Assembly: GCF_000281045.1 (NCBI RefSeq) | Contig: NW_008246068.1 | Coordinates: 252,709-301,353 of the forward strand | DNA length: 48,645 nucleotides | Origin: Saprolegnia diclina VS20 | Taxonomy: Eukaryota | Direction of reading: 5' to 3' | In this document: one piece after another, positions 1 to 11,983 of the stretch | Layout: each line of letters begins with the position of its first letter | How positions within the stretch are numbered: the first letter of the stretch is position 1 | Notes under the pieces: generated by a model | Seen by the model: the letters and a program-made list of their open reading frames with translations, nothing else | Told to the model about the DNA's origin: nothing | The model's database searches: none | Position numbers and translations under genes: made by a program

Positions 1-400
1 CCTCGCTGAGCGTCTGCCCGAAATTCTTGAGTGTGGCGTCGATGCATACAATAAACTGCACCGGCGACAACGAGTCGCCTTGTGGCATGCCTATGTTGGT
101 CTCAAAAGGGCTGTGCGACTTGTCGTATATCCGCAACTGGAGCGTCGTGGTCCCAAGTAGCGGGCGCACTTCTTCATCGTCGAGGATACCGCGGTCGATC
201 GTGTCGAACGCGCGGGAGAAGTCGATTCCCAGCATCGTGAACTGCTCTTCATACTGGCGGATCTGGGCGCCCCTTGTGCGACCATACGACATACGACGTG
301 CTTGGTCCAGGGCGGGAGCCGCTCTCGTGCGCGCCAATCAGCTTGTCAAGCTTCTTTTGGATCCGCTCGAGAACCATGACAGAGACGGCCACGACCCAAC
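1..400 (-). mobile_element. Degenerate non-LTR retrotransposon (LINE) reverse transcriptase fragment, runs off the window edge
   Basis: Manual minus-strand translation gives LERIQKKLDKLIGAHESGSRPGPST (cf. Q-GFRPGRST). After a frameshift near 270 it continues AQIRQYEEQFTMLGIDFSRAFDTIDR...FETNIGMPQGDSLSPVQF. D-F-x-x-AFD and G-x-PQG-x-x-LSP-x-x-F are canonical LINE RT motifs. This frame is not in the ORF track. Confidence 0.85.
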
Positions 401-1243
401 GGACTCTACAGGATCGTATTAACGTTAGTACGACACTTGGAGGCATGACTAACCTTCTTTGCTGAAAAGAATTATATCTGAGCGTTATATTCGCCCGATG
501 AAATGGCATCGCGGCCCCAATCATGACCTGGAAGGACCCTCGCCACGATCTCGCGACCAGTAGAAATGTCATGCACCAATCGCTCATTGTAGTACCAAGC
601 TATGCTCGAGGGGCTGAAGCGATTGCTATATACGCGACGACTTGTCAATCTATTGGACTCGACTTTATGAGAAAGGCAACGCTTGCTCTGGGCGATGTCA
701 GATGGCAATCGGTTTGTTTTTTGTGCACATTTATCTAATGTTAGTACTAGTATATATTTTTCGGTGAAGCATTGTACGACATTGTCGAGTCATCTCGAGC
801 GGTACCGGTATTATGTACACCTTTCGAGCTCGTTCATGGAAAATTGCAAATGGCCGTCGAGAACGAGCGGCTGGAAGTGGCCAGAAATGTCCTGTTTTGA
901 TTGTTCCAGTGCTTGAATTAGGACATTTTACGTTCAAAAAAGGACTTTAAGTCAGATGTTTCCATCTATCACTTTTGGATGGTCGATACGCTCCGATTCT
1001 ATTCAACGAATGCGCGAGCACCCACGGAAAGCGTTGGTGAAGCGACAAGTCATCAATGCGGTTCATCGCTTCTCTTCTTGGTCGTGGTGCCCCCCCCTGG
1101 AATGCAACCTCCCACCAGGACGTAGAACAAAGTATGCTGTACTGCAAGTAAGCACACGACACTGCCAACGACAACTCATCGTCGCATCTGAGAGCAAGTA
1201 CCGATGCTGCGTCGTCGACCAATATTTTTATTTCAAAATTCGC

Positions 1244-1965
1244 ATGTCGAACCCTCCCCACGGCGTCACGCTGGTCTTCTTTGTCGACTTTATCACAGCT
1301 CATGGCGGCCGCGATGCATTCACGGCCTCACGACCCAGGACGTCTGCAATCGCTTCATCCGACCGGCCACGTCATCCACGCACGTCTCGTACGCCGAGCT
1401 TCTGTCGCACACGCCGTTCGTGCAGCCCGCGAATTGGTATGTGAGCCACACGTGGCACTACCTCTTCCTCGAAGTCGTCGACGCGCTCTCCGTCTTCCAA
1501 GCGAGTCTGTCGTCACCCGCGTCCTTTTGGTTTTGCCTCTTTGTCAATAACCAACACGCGCAAGCTGCACCATTTGCGTTTTGGGCCACCCGGTTTCAGC
1601 GCTCGATGCCGGCGATCGGGCATCTCGTGCTCGTGGTGACCGAGTGGCGCCGCCCCGTTATCTTGAAGCGGGCGTGGTGCCTTTTAGAGCTCTACACGGC
1701 CGTGTCGACACATGCCAGCATCCATGTCGCGCTGCCGTCGCACCAAGTCGCCGCGGTGCGCGCCCACCCGGATGCTTTTGCAACGTACGCTCGAACCATC
1801 TCGATGAGGCGCAGCACAGCGTCGGTGGCGTCGGACAAGGCCGCGATTGTCGCGATGCTGCACGCTGCAATTGGTTTGGACGCTGTTGACGCGACGCTGG
1901 CAACGGCCCTCGCGATGCACTCCACACGTGCGTCCCAGACTCTAGCTACGCTAGCTGTTACATAG
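1244..1965 (+). pseudogene. Frameshifted HET/TIR-like domain gene (N-terminal module of a family usually fused to TPR repeats)
   Basis: ATG 1244 gives MSNPPHGVTLVFFVDFITAHGGRDAF. A 1-nt shift at about 1320 joins it to GLTTQDVCNRFIRPAT...WYVSHTWHYLF...FWFCLFVNNQH...KRAWCLLELY...SDKAAI, with stop at 1963-1965. No TPRs follow. The shift could be a sequencing error. Confidence 0.6.
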
Positions 1966-2368
1966 CACAGTTAATTAACAACCCGAGCCATTTGTTGCTG
2001 TATTCGTATCCTTCCGCCTTGGTGGAGCTGAGAAGTGAAGTCGGGGTTTACGCCCACGGGGTCTCGTTCCAGTAAGTACATACTGTCCTCGACGTCGACC
2101 CGATCGACGAGAGGCGTAGTAAAGAAGTCGACTCTAGGAGTGAATCGCAGCACCGTCCAATACACCCACCCACGAAAGATGCAGTTTCGAAATGGGATCC
2201 AAGAACGGAGGCCATATGTTTCGTTGCTCGTCCGTAACTCAGTCGTTTGACAACTCAACAGGGAGAAGAGTACAACAGCGACGTACGTCGGGGCCATCAA
2301 CGCGGCTATGTGGTCCAGCAAGCGTACGTTCATGCGAGAAAAGGAAGCGCGTAGGACTTTCGAAGCGC

Positions 2369-3920
2369 TTAAAACATGTCGGCGATCTCGGCGATTTCGC
2401 GCGCGAGGCGCTGCTCTCGCTCGTAGCGTGTCGAGAGCTCGGCGAGGTCCGACGGCCACCGGGGGTGGTGCAAGATGACGTGGCACGCCTAGCGACCAGC
2501 ACGAGAATGAGAACGCGTTTTTGCACGATGCGCAATACCACACACGGGTGCGCGAACGGCGGCGACTGGAGCTTCTTGCCGAGGCACTCGGTGTGGAACC
2601 AGTGGCCGCAGTACGCCTGCAGCGGCACGGCGTTGGCGTCGAGTGCTGTCGTCGGATTGGTCGGCAGTACCAACTGCGCGCACTCCTACACGCCCATTTG
2701 TAAGAAATGCACCGTCTACGCAGACAGAAAAGCGCGCACCGGACACGTCGTGGACGGGAGGGACTTGAGCATGGTCTCGTAGAGATAGGTCTTGACCTGA
2801 CCCGCCGCGTTCAACAGGATATCGTGTTCGCCGTGCAGGGACGTACCACGGGTAGAATGCTCTTGACGGCTTCATCGAGCGGCGACTGATGCAAGAGGCC
2901 GCCGTCGGCAGCGTAATACAGCGGTGCAATCTTGTCCTTGTGCGCTTCCTACAGTACCGAGAACATGGCACCGGTTCTATCAACTTGATAATAGAAGGCG
3001 ACCTTGATGACGATGGGCACCGGAGCAGCTTTGGCGGCCTTGCCAAACTTTTTCAACCCTGGCGCTGCCTTCTTTGTCTATATGATGCACTATATAAATC
3101 CTTGGCGCGCGATGCGGTCGACGCTGTACGGGCTCGGGCGGCGCGAGGAGGCTCAGTGGCTTCTTGAGCGGGTTGGAGGCATATAGCGCCTGGTCGGCCG
3201 TGTAGCCCTAGAAAAAGGTATGCAAGAAACAACGAGACACCGACTTGCGCACGAGGGTAATGCGCCGGGCCATTTCGTTGGCTCGCTTGACAATAATGTC
3301 CACGACATTGGGCGGCAAGTTGGACTCGTCGCACGCCACGCGAATCGTCGAGTCGGGGTAGTGGTCGTCGATCTTGACGTTGACCTAACCGTCGTTGTGA
3401 CGCAGCCCGTGGGAGGCTCTTGCGCACCTGGAAAAAATACGGGCCTTGACGCAGTAGCACCTTGATGCGCCCCGCCCGCTCGTTGACGAGTTTCACTTCG
3501 CCGCCCTAGACCACCTGCTTGGCGACTGGACCACGTTCTCGATGGCCTTACGTTGGCGTCGGCGAGGAGGCGGAGCTGGCGCACCTCGTCGAACGCATAA
3601 AGGAGCTTGTTCTCGCTGAGCGACGACTGGACGAACTCGACAATGGCCTGCACCTGCGGCAAGCCGTCTTTGCTGAGCTCTTTGGCTTTGGCGTCGGCAA
3701 ACTTGGTGAGGCGGCGCAGTGCGACGTCGGGCAGCGACGTGCTCAGAATCTCAATCAAAAGCTCACTACGGGGGTACTCGGCCGGGAAGCGCAGGCGCAA
3801 TCGCAGCTTGCGCTGGCGCGTGTACTGCAGCGACGCCTGGAGCTGCTCGTGCGTGCACGTCTCAATGTCGGCGGCAGGAACGAGCTTCTGGAAGGCCGCG
3901 ACCTCGGCGGATCGGTTCAT
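2369..3920 (-). CDS. Multi-exon protein with RWD-like domains and a RING-H2 finger (putative E3 ligase)
   Basis: LRLRFPAEYP and KIDDHYPD are RWD-type YP motifs. The spliced C-terminus reads CPEC...CGHWFHTEC...CVAC (RING-H2), then HHPRWPSDLAELSTRYEREQRLAREIAEIADMF* ending at 2369. GT-AG introns are visible. Confidence 0.7.
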
Positions 3921-4267
3921 TGGTTCGTGCAAGTCGAGGAATGCGCCAATCATCCGGATAACGGCGGCATGTCGCAGCTGGCGAGGACGAGCTGTCGGCT
4001 TTTGCCGTTGCCGCGCTCGACCAGTCTCATTGCGTCTCCAGCTACAGACAATATTGTACTATAAAAGACTAGAAGTCGATACCTGTATATATTAGCAACA
4101 GTCTATTTCGTGTTTATACACCGTTCTCGTTGGCTAATCCAAGCGATGGACCCTAGCCCAAACGATCGACAACGGTCGAACGGCAGCTGCACGCGGCCGA
4201 CAATATGTTATTACAAGTACAAGTAACAACGACCACTGCGATCGTGGTCGTCGACTAGCTACAAGCG

Positions 4268-6737
4268 CTAGCTCTCAAAGAGCTCGTGGAGTGATATCTT
4301 GGTTGTGCGCTGCGCGTCCTCGGTCGAGTACGTACCGCACTGCGCAGCGTTCGCTGCCACACGCGATCGCCACTGCACGAGCCGTGCGTCCGGCATGAGG
4401 TCCGACTCTGTCGGTCTTGCTGGGCGCGACTGGCAGTAGGCAATGTACTGGACGCTTTGGAGCACGTCTGCGCTGTCATCACGTCGCTCAATCGGGTCAA
4501 ACTCGAAGCTTGTCGTTGTCGCGTGCAGCCGATCCATGAGCGCTGCCAGCTCGGGCGCGTGATCCATCAGGTACAGTACATAGTCGCTCGCGCTCGGAAA
4601 CTCAGCGAGGACGCTCGGTGCGTAAATCTGCTGCGTTACATGGGCAAACGCCATGACGTCGCCGCGAAGCGTCGTCGGTCTTGTCCGGAACCAGCGCTCA
4701 TAGTAGTAGCACGCCACGTCACAGAGCGCACTCCACTTGAACACACTTCGCGTCTTCCGTAGCGCGCTGTCGCGGTAGTGCGGGTGCAGTGCGTACGCAA
4801 GAACGTACACCGGCTGCTCGACCGCACTCCAGCTGAGCTCGAGGTGTTCGAGCAGCGCTTGTTGTAGCCGATCGAGCGCTAACGGCAGTCGCCGCACCGC
4901 GCTGTAGAGCTGGCCAAACAAATGCAGCGTGGCTGCCAGCGAGAGCGCGCGCGGAAGACGGCTCAGATGCAAGAAGAGCGGCGCGGTGGCTTCAAGCACG
5001 ATGCGGGTGTCCATATCGACAAAGTGGCTCTGGAGCGTCTGGTGCAGCCAGGACGAGACTTCCGAGAGGTGGGCGGGCAGCGATCGCAAGAGGCAGAGCC
5101 GCTTGAGCGCAAAGAAGACGGCCTCGTCCGCGAGCACGCCATGCAGCAGGCGGCGCACCACGCTTCGTGGCGACGTCACAAACAAGACATGCGGCAACTG
5201 CGCGGGCAGGTGGCCAAAGCAGGCAGCGGACGGCGGGAGCGCGACCGCGACGACGTGGAGCTGCTGCCGCTCGCACTGCGCGAGATGCCGCTGGAGGGTT
5301 TGCGGCAGCAATGGCAGCGGACACGTCAACGTCAACGACGCATCCAACATGGACGGAAGGACGAGGCCGTTGGGGTGCACGACCCACGCGACCAATGTCG
5401 CCGTCGACTCGCTTTCGTCGAGCAAGTGTACGACGAGCGTCCAGCCGCCGCCTTGGTGCATCTCACGCCAACGCGTGAGAAGCGTTGCCTCGCACGACTG
5501 CAGCAGCCGCCGGAGGATCGGGCCCGCGAGCTCGGCCGTCGTCGGGAGGTGCGGGCAAAGCACTTGCATCGCTTGGGACTCGACCCACGTGAACGGTAGA
5601 TTGTGTTCAAGCGTGAACGCCACGACGGCGTCGACCGTGTCCAGCTCACTGCTTGCGCCGGGCCGACCGCCGTTGCTCTCGATCGAGCTCACTCGGGAGA
5701 GACTCGCGTTGGATGTGAGCGGCGACGGCTTGTCGACCGGCAGATGCAAGAGGCGCGCGAGCGGCGATGCGGTCGCCGACGTCGCGAGCGCCTGCAACCG
5801 CGGCGTCTCGGCGCTGGGAAACGGCATCGGGCGGTCGATGCTGTCGTCGTCGTCGTCGTTGTCATTATTGTCGTCGCTCGACATGACAATATCATCCAAC
5901 ACCGCCTCGTGGTTGAGAATGTGTTCGCAGTTGGCGAGGTGCGTCTGCATGTTGTGCTTGCGCCCGAGAATGACCTTGGGCGGCAGCATCTCGCGCCCGT
6001 TGGCGCGCGCAGCCTCGTACGCGTCGGTGCAAAACTTGCACTTGGCGTAGTGGTAGTACGTGTTGGGCTGGCGCTCGAGCTGGATGAAGAACTGCCACTC
6101 GTTGAGCGCGAGCTTGGATGCGTCCTTTGTGCGCTTGGCCGGGAGCTTGCCCGTGAAGAAGGAGCAACGCGCCAAGTGGCTGCGCATGCTCTCTTTGCGG
6201 CCTGCGAATACCTCGGGCGGCGTCGGCCGGCGACCGCTGCCATGCGCTGCCACGCAGTGCTTGCAGCGCACTGGAAAGTAGTTGCTGTTGCCAATGTACC
6301 TAGTCGCCACACTATCAGACAACTTGTATACTTCACACAACGAGATCGCACCCGTCTTGCTCGAGCCGATCAAAGTGGGCCCACTCGGCGATCGCGCAGT
6401 GCACACCGCGCTTGCCGGCGCGCCGCTTGATGATCGGGTTGGGCGGGATCGCCGACGCATGAAGGCATTGCGCGAGGTGGGCCTTCATGACCGAGCGCCG
6501 GCCGACGAGCGGGCGCGGCTCGGTCGTCGATGCTGCGGTCGGCGGCGGCAGCGTGCCAATGAACGCCTGCAGCGCGTCGGGCGTGTTGATGCTGGCAATG
6601 TTTCTGCCCGGCGGCGACGACGACGTAATGGCCGCGATGACGCAGTGGCGGCAGTAAACCCACCAGTACGAGAGGTTGGCCTTGTGGCTCGTCTTGACAA
6701 AGTGGGCCCACTCGGTCAGCGAGCACGCGCGGCCCAT
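4268..6737 (-). CDS. hAT-transposase-derived protein with three tandem BED-like zinc fingers (2 exons; intron 6300-6351)
   Basis: Three repeats of EW-x-(H/F)F...CxxC...GR-x-x-x-M-x-x-HL-x-x-C. hAT-like segments follow: NLPFTWVES, LAYALHPHYR and APELAALMDRL. The intron joins QDG to YIGNSNYF in frame. Confidence 0.75.
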
Positions 6738-7537
6738 GCTCGGTCGGTCGGTCGGTCGACTTTGCACTGGGAAATGGACTCTTGATGCACCGATAACGGG
6801 TCAGATAATGGCCGGAAATCGCCGACAATCCAACCACACTCTTCTCGTCCTTACAAGACACTGTTGCGACCTCATTGAGCGCTTTCCAGCATGTGCATTC
6901 CGCTGCATGAGGCTCAGTGGAGCGACGGTCGCAGCACGCCTGCACCGTCAGTGCGACATCAGGCAAACATGTAATTTAGTAGTTGCTGCGACGACGGCGC
7001 CGTCGCGAACAGCCGCTTGCTCGCTCTCTCAAGGCCGTGCAATCGCCTTGCTACGAGTACCGTGAAGAGGCTGCCCGCGGCTACACATTGCAGGCTTTGG
7101 TTTCGCCCTGCGAGAAGAAGCCACCACCACCACATGCAGCGTCACTGCAACGAACGCGCGACTTGGCAGCTGCGAAAGAAGCACCTCGTACCGTACACTC
7201 GTGCACCACCTTGCGACAGCCTCTACGACCTAGGACACCAGTGACCGCACGCTGCTGCCAAAGCGTTGAAGCCGATCCGGCCATCAACTGACCTTTTGCA
7301 CTCTACGCGGGGACGCTTGCGATTGGCTACGACCAGCTTCGAACTTCGAGGACCGGTTTGAAATGCAAAGATCGGCCGAGGGTGTCGGCGGGTTGTAGCA
7401 ACTGCCACGCGACGGACCACCAGTTCGAGTCCCGTCGTCGCCCTACCCCCAGCCCTCTACCACATTAGGCATTAAATTTCCCTAAATCTCGCTCGGTATT
7501 AAGCAATAAAGGATGTTGAAAGGCGACTTGAAACGGC

Positions 7538-7628
7538 AATCTCAAACTCTCAAACTCTCAAACTCTCAAAATCTCAAAATCACAAAATCACAAACTCTCA
7601 AAATCACAAACTCTCAAAATCACAAAAT
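7538..7628. repeat. Imperfect 8-bp tandem repeat (AAACTCTC/AAAATCAC variants, about 11 units)
   Basis: Directly visible: ...ctcaaactctcaaactctcaaactctcaaaatctcaaaatcacaaaatcacaaactctc... Confidence 0.9.
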
Positions 7629-7754
7629 GACCAAGTCTCAGCTTCGCAAATGCCCGTTCTAGTATGTCTAGAAGAATGCCCCCAGCAAGGCGATCCTCGC
7701 CGACTGTGCATGCACAGGAATGCACGAAACACGAGAGTCCCGTGTCTTATAATG

Positions 7755-10700
7755 TTATGCTAACTGACGCAAATTAGCCACTTGCGACGCAAGCACATCG
7801 ATGGCGACGTTGCCGTCGCCAAACGGGCTCATCGCTGGCGGGTGCCACACTTGGCGCGGGTGCACGAGCAGATCCGGGCGGTACCCGCTGCCGTACGTCT
7901 GCCACCCGTTGAGAAAGAAGCTGTCGAGCGAGCGCGGGTCGAGCGCCGCAATGATGTCTTCGGCGTGCACCTCGTCCTTCTTGGCGCTCGACGCCAAGTG
8001 CCATGCATCGTAAAAGATTTGCACGAGCGTCTGCCGGCCGTGCTGCAGCGCGTGCTTCATCTCTGCGAGCTTGTCGGCAGTCACACTCCGCGCCACGTTG
8101 TTGCACTCGTTGAGCGGGTCGACCACGTTGCACGCGCGCACTTGGAATGGCAGCGACGGCCGGACGCCGCCATGGACCGTCTCGATGCTGGCCTTGAACG
8201 CGTCGACAGCAACCTCGTCCATGACCACGTCGGACGACCGGACGCTCGGGCGCCACCCGGCGTTGAGCGACGCGATCGGGACGGGCCCGAGCATGCTCAC
8301 GGCATGGTACGTCCAGTCAAAGTCAGCGTAAAAATGAAAAAACTCAATGAGCGCTTGCAGCGGGTGGCAGATGCGCTTCCCAAAGAGGTTGAAGAGGCAG
8401 AGCACCATCGTGTTGAGCGCAAACGTCGAGAGCGCGCCGGCGACCGCGCCGAGGATGTTGCTCCGACCCGACGCCGACGCACTGAGCGCAATGAAGCGCG
8501 AGCTGTCGTACATGCACCACGTCTTGATCAGGATCAGACTGCGCTTGAAGAGATGATGCTGGCCGACGCGCACGTCCATCTCGTGGAGGAGCGAGACCGC
8601 ACCGAGGGCGCCAAACCGGTTGGCCGTCACATCGATCGAGACGTTGTCGATCGTGCACTTGACGACGCGGACTTCAGCGTTCACAAACGTCACGTTGCGG
8701 ACAGTACACTCGACCTTTTGGTCCGACGTGGCGGCCGCCAGAAGCGCTTGCGTCACGTCCGCGTGCCACGTCATACTCGCTGCCTCGTCCGCTAGCACGA
8801 GACACACGTCAATGTCCGAGTCTGGAAGGTACGTCTTGAGCGGGTACGACCCCGACGGGTAAAACGTGGCGACAGACGCCACGGGCTCGAGGACAGCTGC
8901 GAGCGCACGCATGAGCTTGGTGCGCACGCGCTCCGAGTCGACGGTCGGGCCAAAGAGCTCGACCATATGGTCGGCTTGGCGCATCGCGGGGCACGCAAAT
9001 GCGGCGGGTGCCAACGGCCGCATGCACCGCTCCATGCCATGCAGCTTGGGGGAGAGCGATGAGAGTGGCAGTGGCGACGAGACAGGCGGGAGAAGCGCCG
9101 TGTGCCGCTTGAGCTGGTCGACCTCGTGCTGCTTCTCACTCAGCGCACGCTGGAGCATGTCGATTTGGTATCGGAGGCGCGCCATCTCGTCCGGCGACTC
9201 GGCTTGCCGTGGCGGCCGCGCGGGCGACGACGACGCGATCGGGCGGGGCGGTGACGCGGTCGTTTTGATCGGTGGCGGGACGCCATTGGCATGTGGCTTG
9301 CTGGGCGACCGGTCGCGGGGCGGACTCGAGGACGGTAATCGCACCGGACTTGCGTCCGACGACGTGGTGGGCGTCGTGCGCTGCGGCGACGGCGCGGGTG
9401 TCGCGTCGACTGCGAGCTGAAGCTCTTCGAGGACGTCGCGCGCCCGCTGGCACTCGTCCTGGAGCTGGTCGAGCATTTGCTTGCGCGTCGCGCGGTCCAG
9501 CGCATCGACAATCAAGTCGCGCTCTCTTCGTTCGCAGACGTCGAGCAGGTCGGCGCGGAGCTTCTCGAGCTGTTTTCGCCGCTTCTTGAGGTACTTGTCG
9601 TCGACGAGGACGACGGGCGACGCCGCGGGCGTGCTGTCGCCGCTCTTGTCCTTGGCTGGAGCACTCCTTGTTGTCGTCTCGTCGTCCGAGCTCTTGGCTT
9701 GCGTCGTCTCGTCATCTTTCGGCAAGTCGTCCGTGAGTGAAAAGTGAAAGGTCGGTCGGGGTGGCACAACGCGCTCCACCGGCGCCTCCATCTCGTAGAG
9801 GCTCTCGCAGGCTTCGTCGCGCGTGTACATGACCATGCGGCTCGATGGCGTGCTACTTCGATGGCCGAGACTACCGGTGGGCGAGATCTTTTGCAGCACC
9901 GGCGGTGGTATACTCGCCTCGGGCTTGGTATCGTCGTCCGACGAGGGTGGACGGGCATTGTCGCCGCTCTCGTCGTCGTCGTCGTCCGTGGTCACCGCGT
10001 CCTTGACAAGGATCGCGGGCGGCCGGACCGTTGTCGACGACGGCTTGGTCGGTTTGCTCGGCGACTCGGTACTCGGGGCTTTGGCTGCCTTCTTCTTCTT
10101 CTTCTTCGCAGCCTTCTTGGTCACTTCGCTGGCGGCGTCACCGTGCTCCAAGAGCCACTTGACCGCGCGGTTGGACTCTTCGACCTTGTGCTTCTCGTCC
10201 AGGTCGCGCGCTTGCTGCTCTTCGACCTGCGCATCCAGATGACCCGGCGAGACAGCGAGGATCGCCTTGTAGTCCTTGGCGGCGCACGCATACATGTGGA
10301 GCTGCATGTGCACGCGGGCGCGGCTCAAGAGAGCTTGCAGCGCAATGCGCACGGGCGACTTGGCATCTTTGGTCGCCGCACCGCCCACCAAGCAGTGCGG
10401 CTTGACTTGCTCGTCCGGGAGGTAGTCGGCGCCCGAGTCGCGTTCGTCATTCAGCACTTTGGGAAACAGCTCGACGATCTTGCCGAGGTCGTCGGCCGCC
10501 TTCTTGGGCTGGTCGTGCTCGAGGTACAGTCGGGCTCGGCGAAAGAGGCCTTGCGCCGCCATCAGTGGCGGCGCCGACGCAATGACCTGCGCCAAGAGAT
10601 GGAGCGCGAGTTTCGAGATCTGGCCGGGTCGGGCCGCGTCGTCTTGGTGCTGCAGCACGACGGCGCGGGAGAGCAGCAGCCGATGGTCCTTGGCGTCGAT

Positions 10701-11983
10701 CAACAGCGCCGCGTCAAAGTCGGCAAGCGCTTTTGTGAGCGCACCGGCGCGGATGTAGGCCTCGCCGCGCGCAGCGAGCACAGGCACGCTCTCGGGCTCT
10801 TGGTCGAGGGCGGCAGTAAAGTCGTCAATGGCCTTGAGCGCAAACGCCCGCGCGTCGTCCGACTCGCACGGCGTCAAGTAGGCTTCGTCCATACCGAGGC
10901 TGATCGTGCGCGACGTATGGCGCACAGCGCGGTCGTGGCCGTTCTCGGCCGAGAGGAGCGCCGAGTCCTCCATCTGATGCAAAAGAAAGCCATTCTCCTC
11001 GTTCTCGACGAGCTGCATGAGCGTCTCAGCGCGCTGGAGCAGCGACTCGAGCTTCACATGCGTGAGCTGGCGCGCCTCGAGCTCAACGACGCGGTCGTAG
11101 TCGGCCAAGGCCAAGTCAAACTTGCCGAGACGACTGTAGACAAGGCCGCGCTGGCGGTACCCGTCGTCGCTGCGCGGGTCCATCTCGATGACACCGCCAA
11201 AGTCCTCGAGCGCGTGCGTGAGGTGCCCGAGCTTTGCATACGCCTTGCCGCGTGCGAGCTTGGCGTCCTTGATCTTGGCCGGCACGCCCGAGATCTCGAT
11301 GGCCTTGGTGTAGTCGTCGATCGCAGCCTGGAGCTTGTTGTGGCACTCGTATGCAAACGCGCGCTTCGAGAACATGTCGCTGTCGCCCGGCGTGTGCGCG
11401 ATGAGCGTCGAGTAGTCGTCGATCGCGGGTTCGTAGCGCTGCGCCTTCATGTAGCACATGGCGCGCTGCACGTACGCCTTGAGCTTGGTCGGCGCGACGT
11501 TGATGGCCTCGGTAAATTCCGAGAGCGCGCGCTTGTAGTCCTTCTTCTCGACGAGCTTCATGCCACGCTGGAACGCCTCTTCGTACTGGAAGCCGTCGGT
11601 CGACGCCATCGTGGACGCGTTGTAGCTCGCGGCTGCGGCCGTCGACCGCAAGAGCGTCGAGGTCGGGTACACGCTGTTGAGTTTGTTGTTGCTGGCGCTT
11701 GCGGCCGTGCTGCCCGACACTAGTACAGGCAATCGATGGGAAACGAGGTAGCAACGAGAGATGGTCGTACGCAGCTGCGCAATCGTGTCCGAGTGGTCTG
11801 TGTACGTGAACGGTCGGCGCTTCTTGGCCGCTACGGCCGGCCATGAGCGGTCTCTCGCCTCGCCGGCCACGACGTACCCGATGCTGCTGCGGCCTGCCCG
11901 CCGTCCGCGGCTGCCGGCGCCGACTTCCTGTCATTGAGGTTGCGGTACTTGAGTATTGCGCTCTGCAATTGCTTCCCTTCCAT
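7755..11983 (-). CDS. TPR-repeat protein fused to a C-terminal Pol-beta-family nucleotidyltransferase (PAP/OAS1 substrate-binding type)
   Basis: The 1371-aa ORF has many TPRs (AYVQRAMCY, AIDDYTKAIEI, ALADYDRVVEL), a poly-Lys and low-complexity linker, and then GSYPLKTYLPDSDIDV...AEVRVVKC..DNVSIDVT...HLFKRSLILIKTW...NVVDPLNECNNVARSV. A probable first exon MEGKQLQSAILKYRN starts at 11983; the 5' structure is uncertain. Confidence 0.85.

Noticed and set aside
7380..7450. GTTCGAGTCCC B-box/T-loop-like sequence suggesting a tRNA
   Set aside because: The T-stem does not pair and no acceptor stem, D arm or anticodon arm can be built.
7538..7628. Possible CRISPR or telomeric array
   Set aside because: There are no unique spacers, the context is eukaryotic, and the unit is not TTTAGGG/TTAGGG.
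9744..11723. 659-aa plus-strand ORF and many similar long antisense ORFs
   Set aside because: These are shadow ORFs caused by GC3-rich codon usage of the genes on the opposite strand, with no recognisable motifs.
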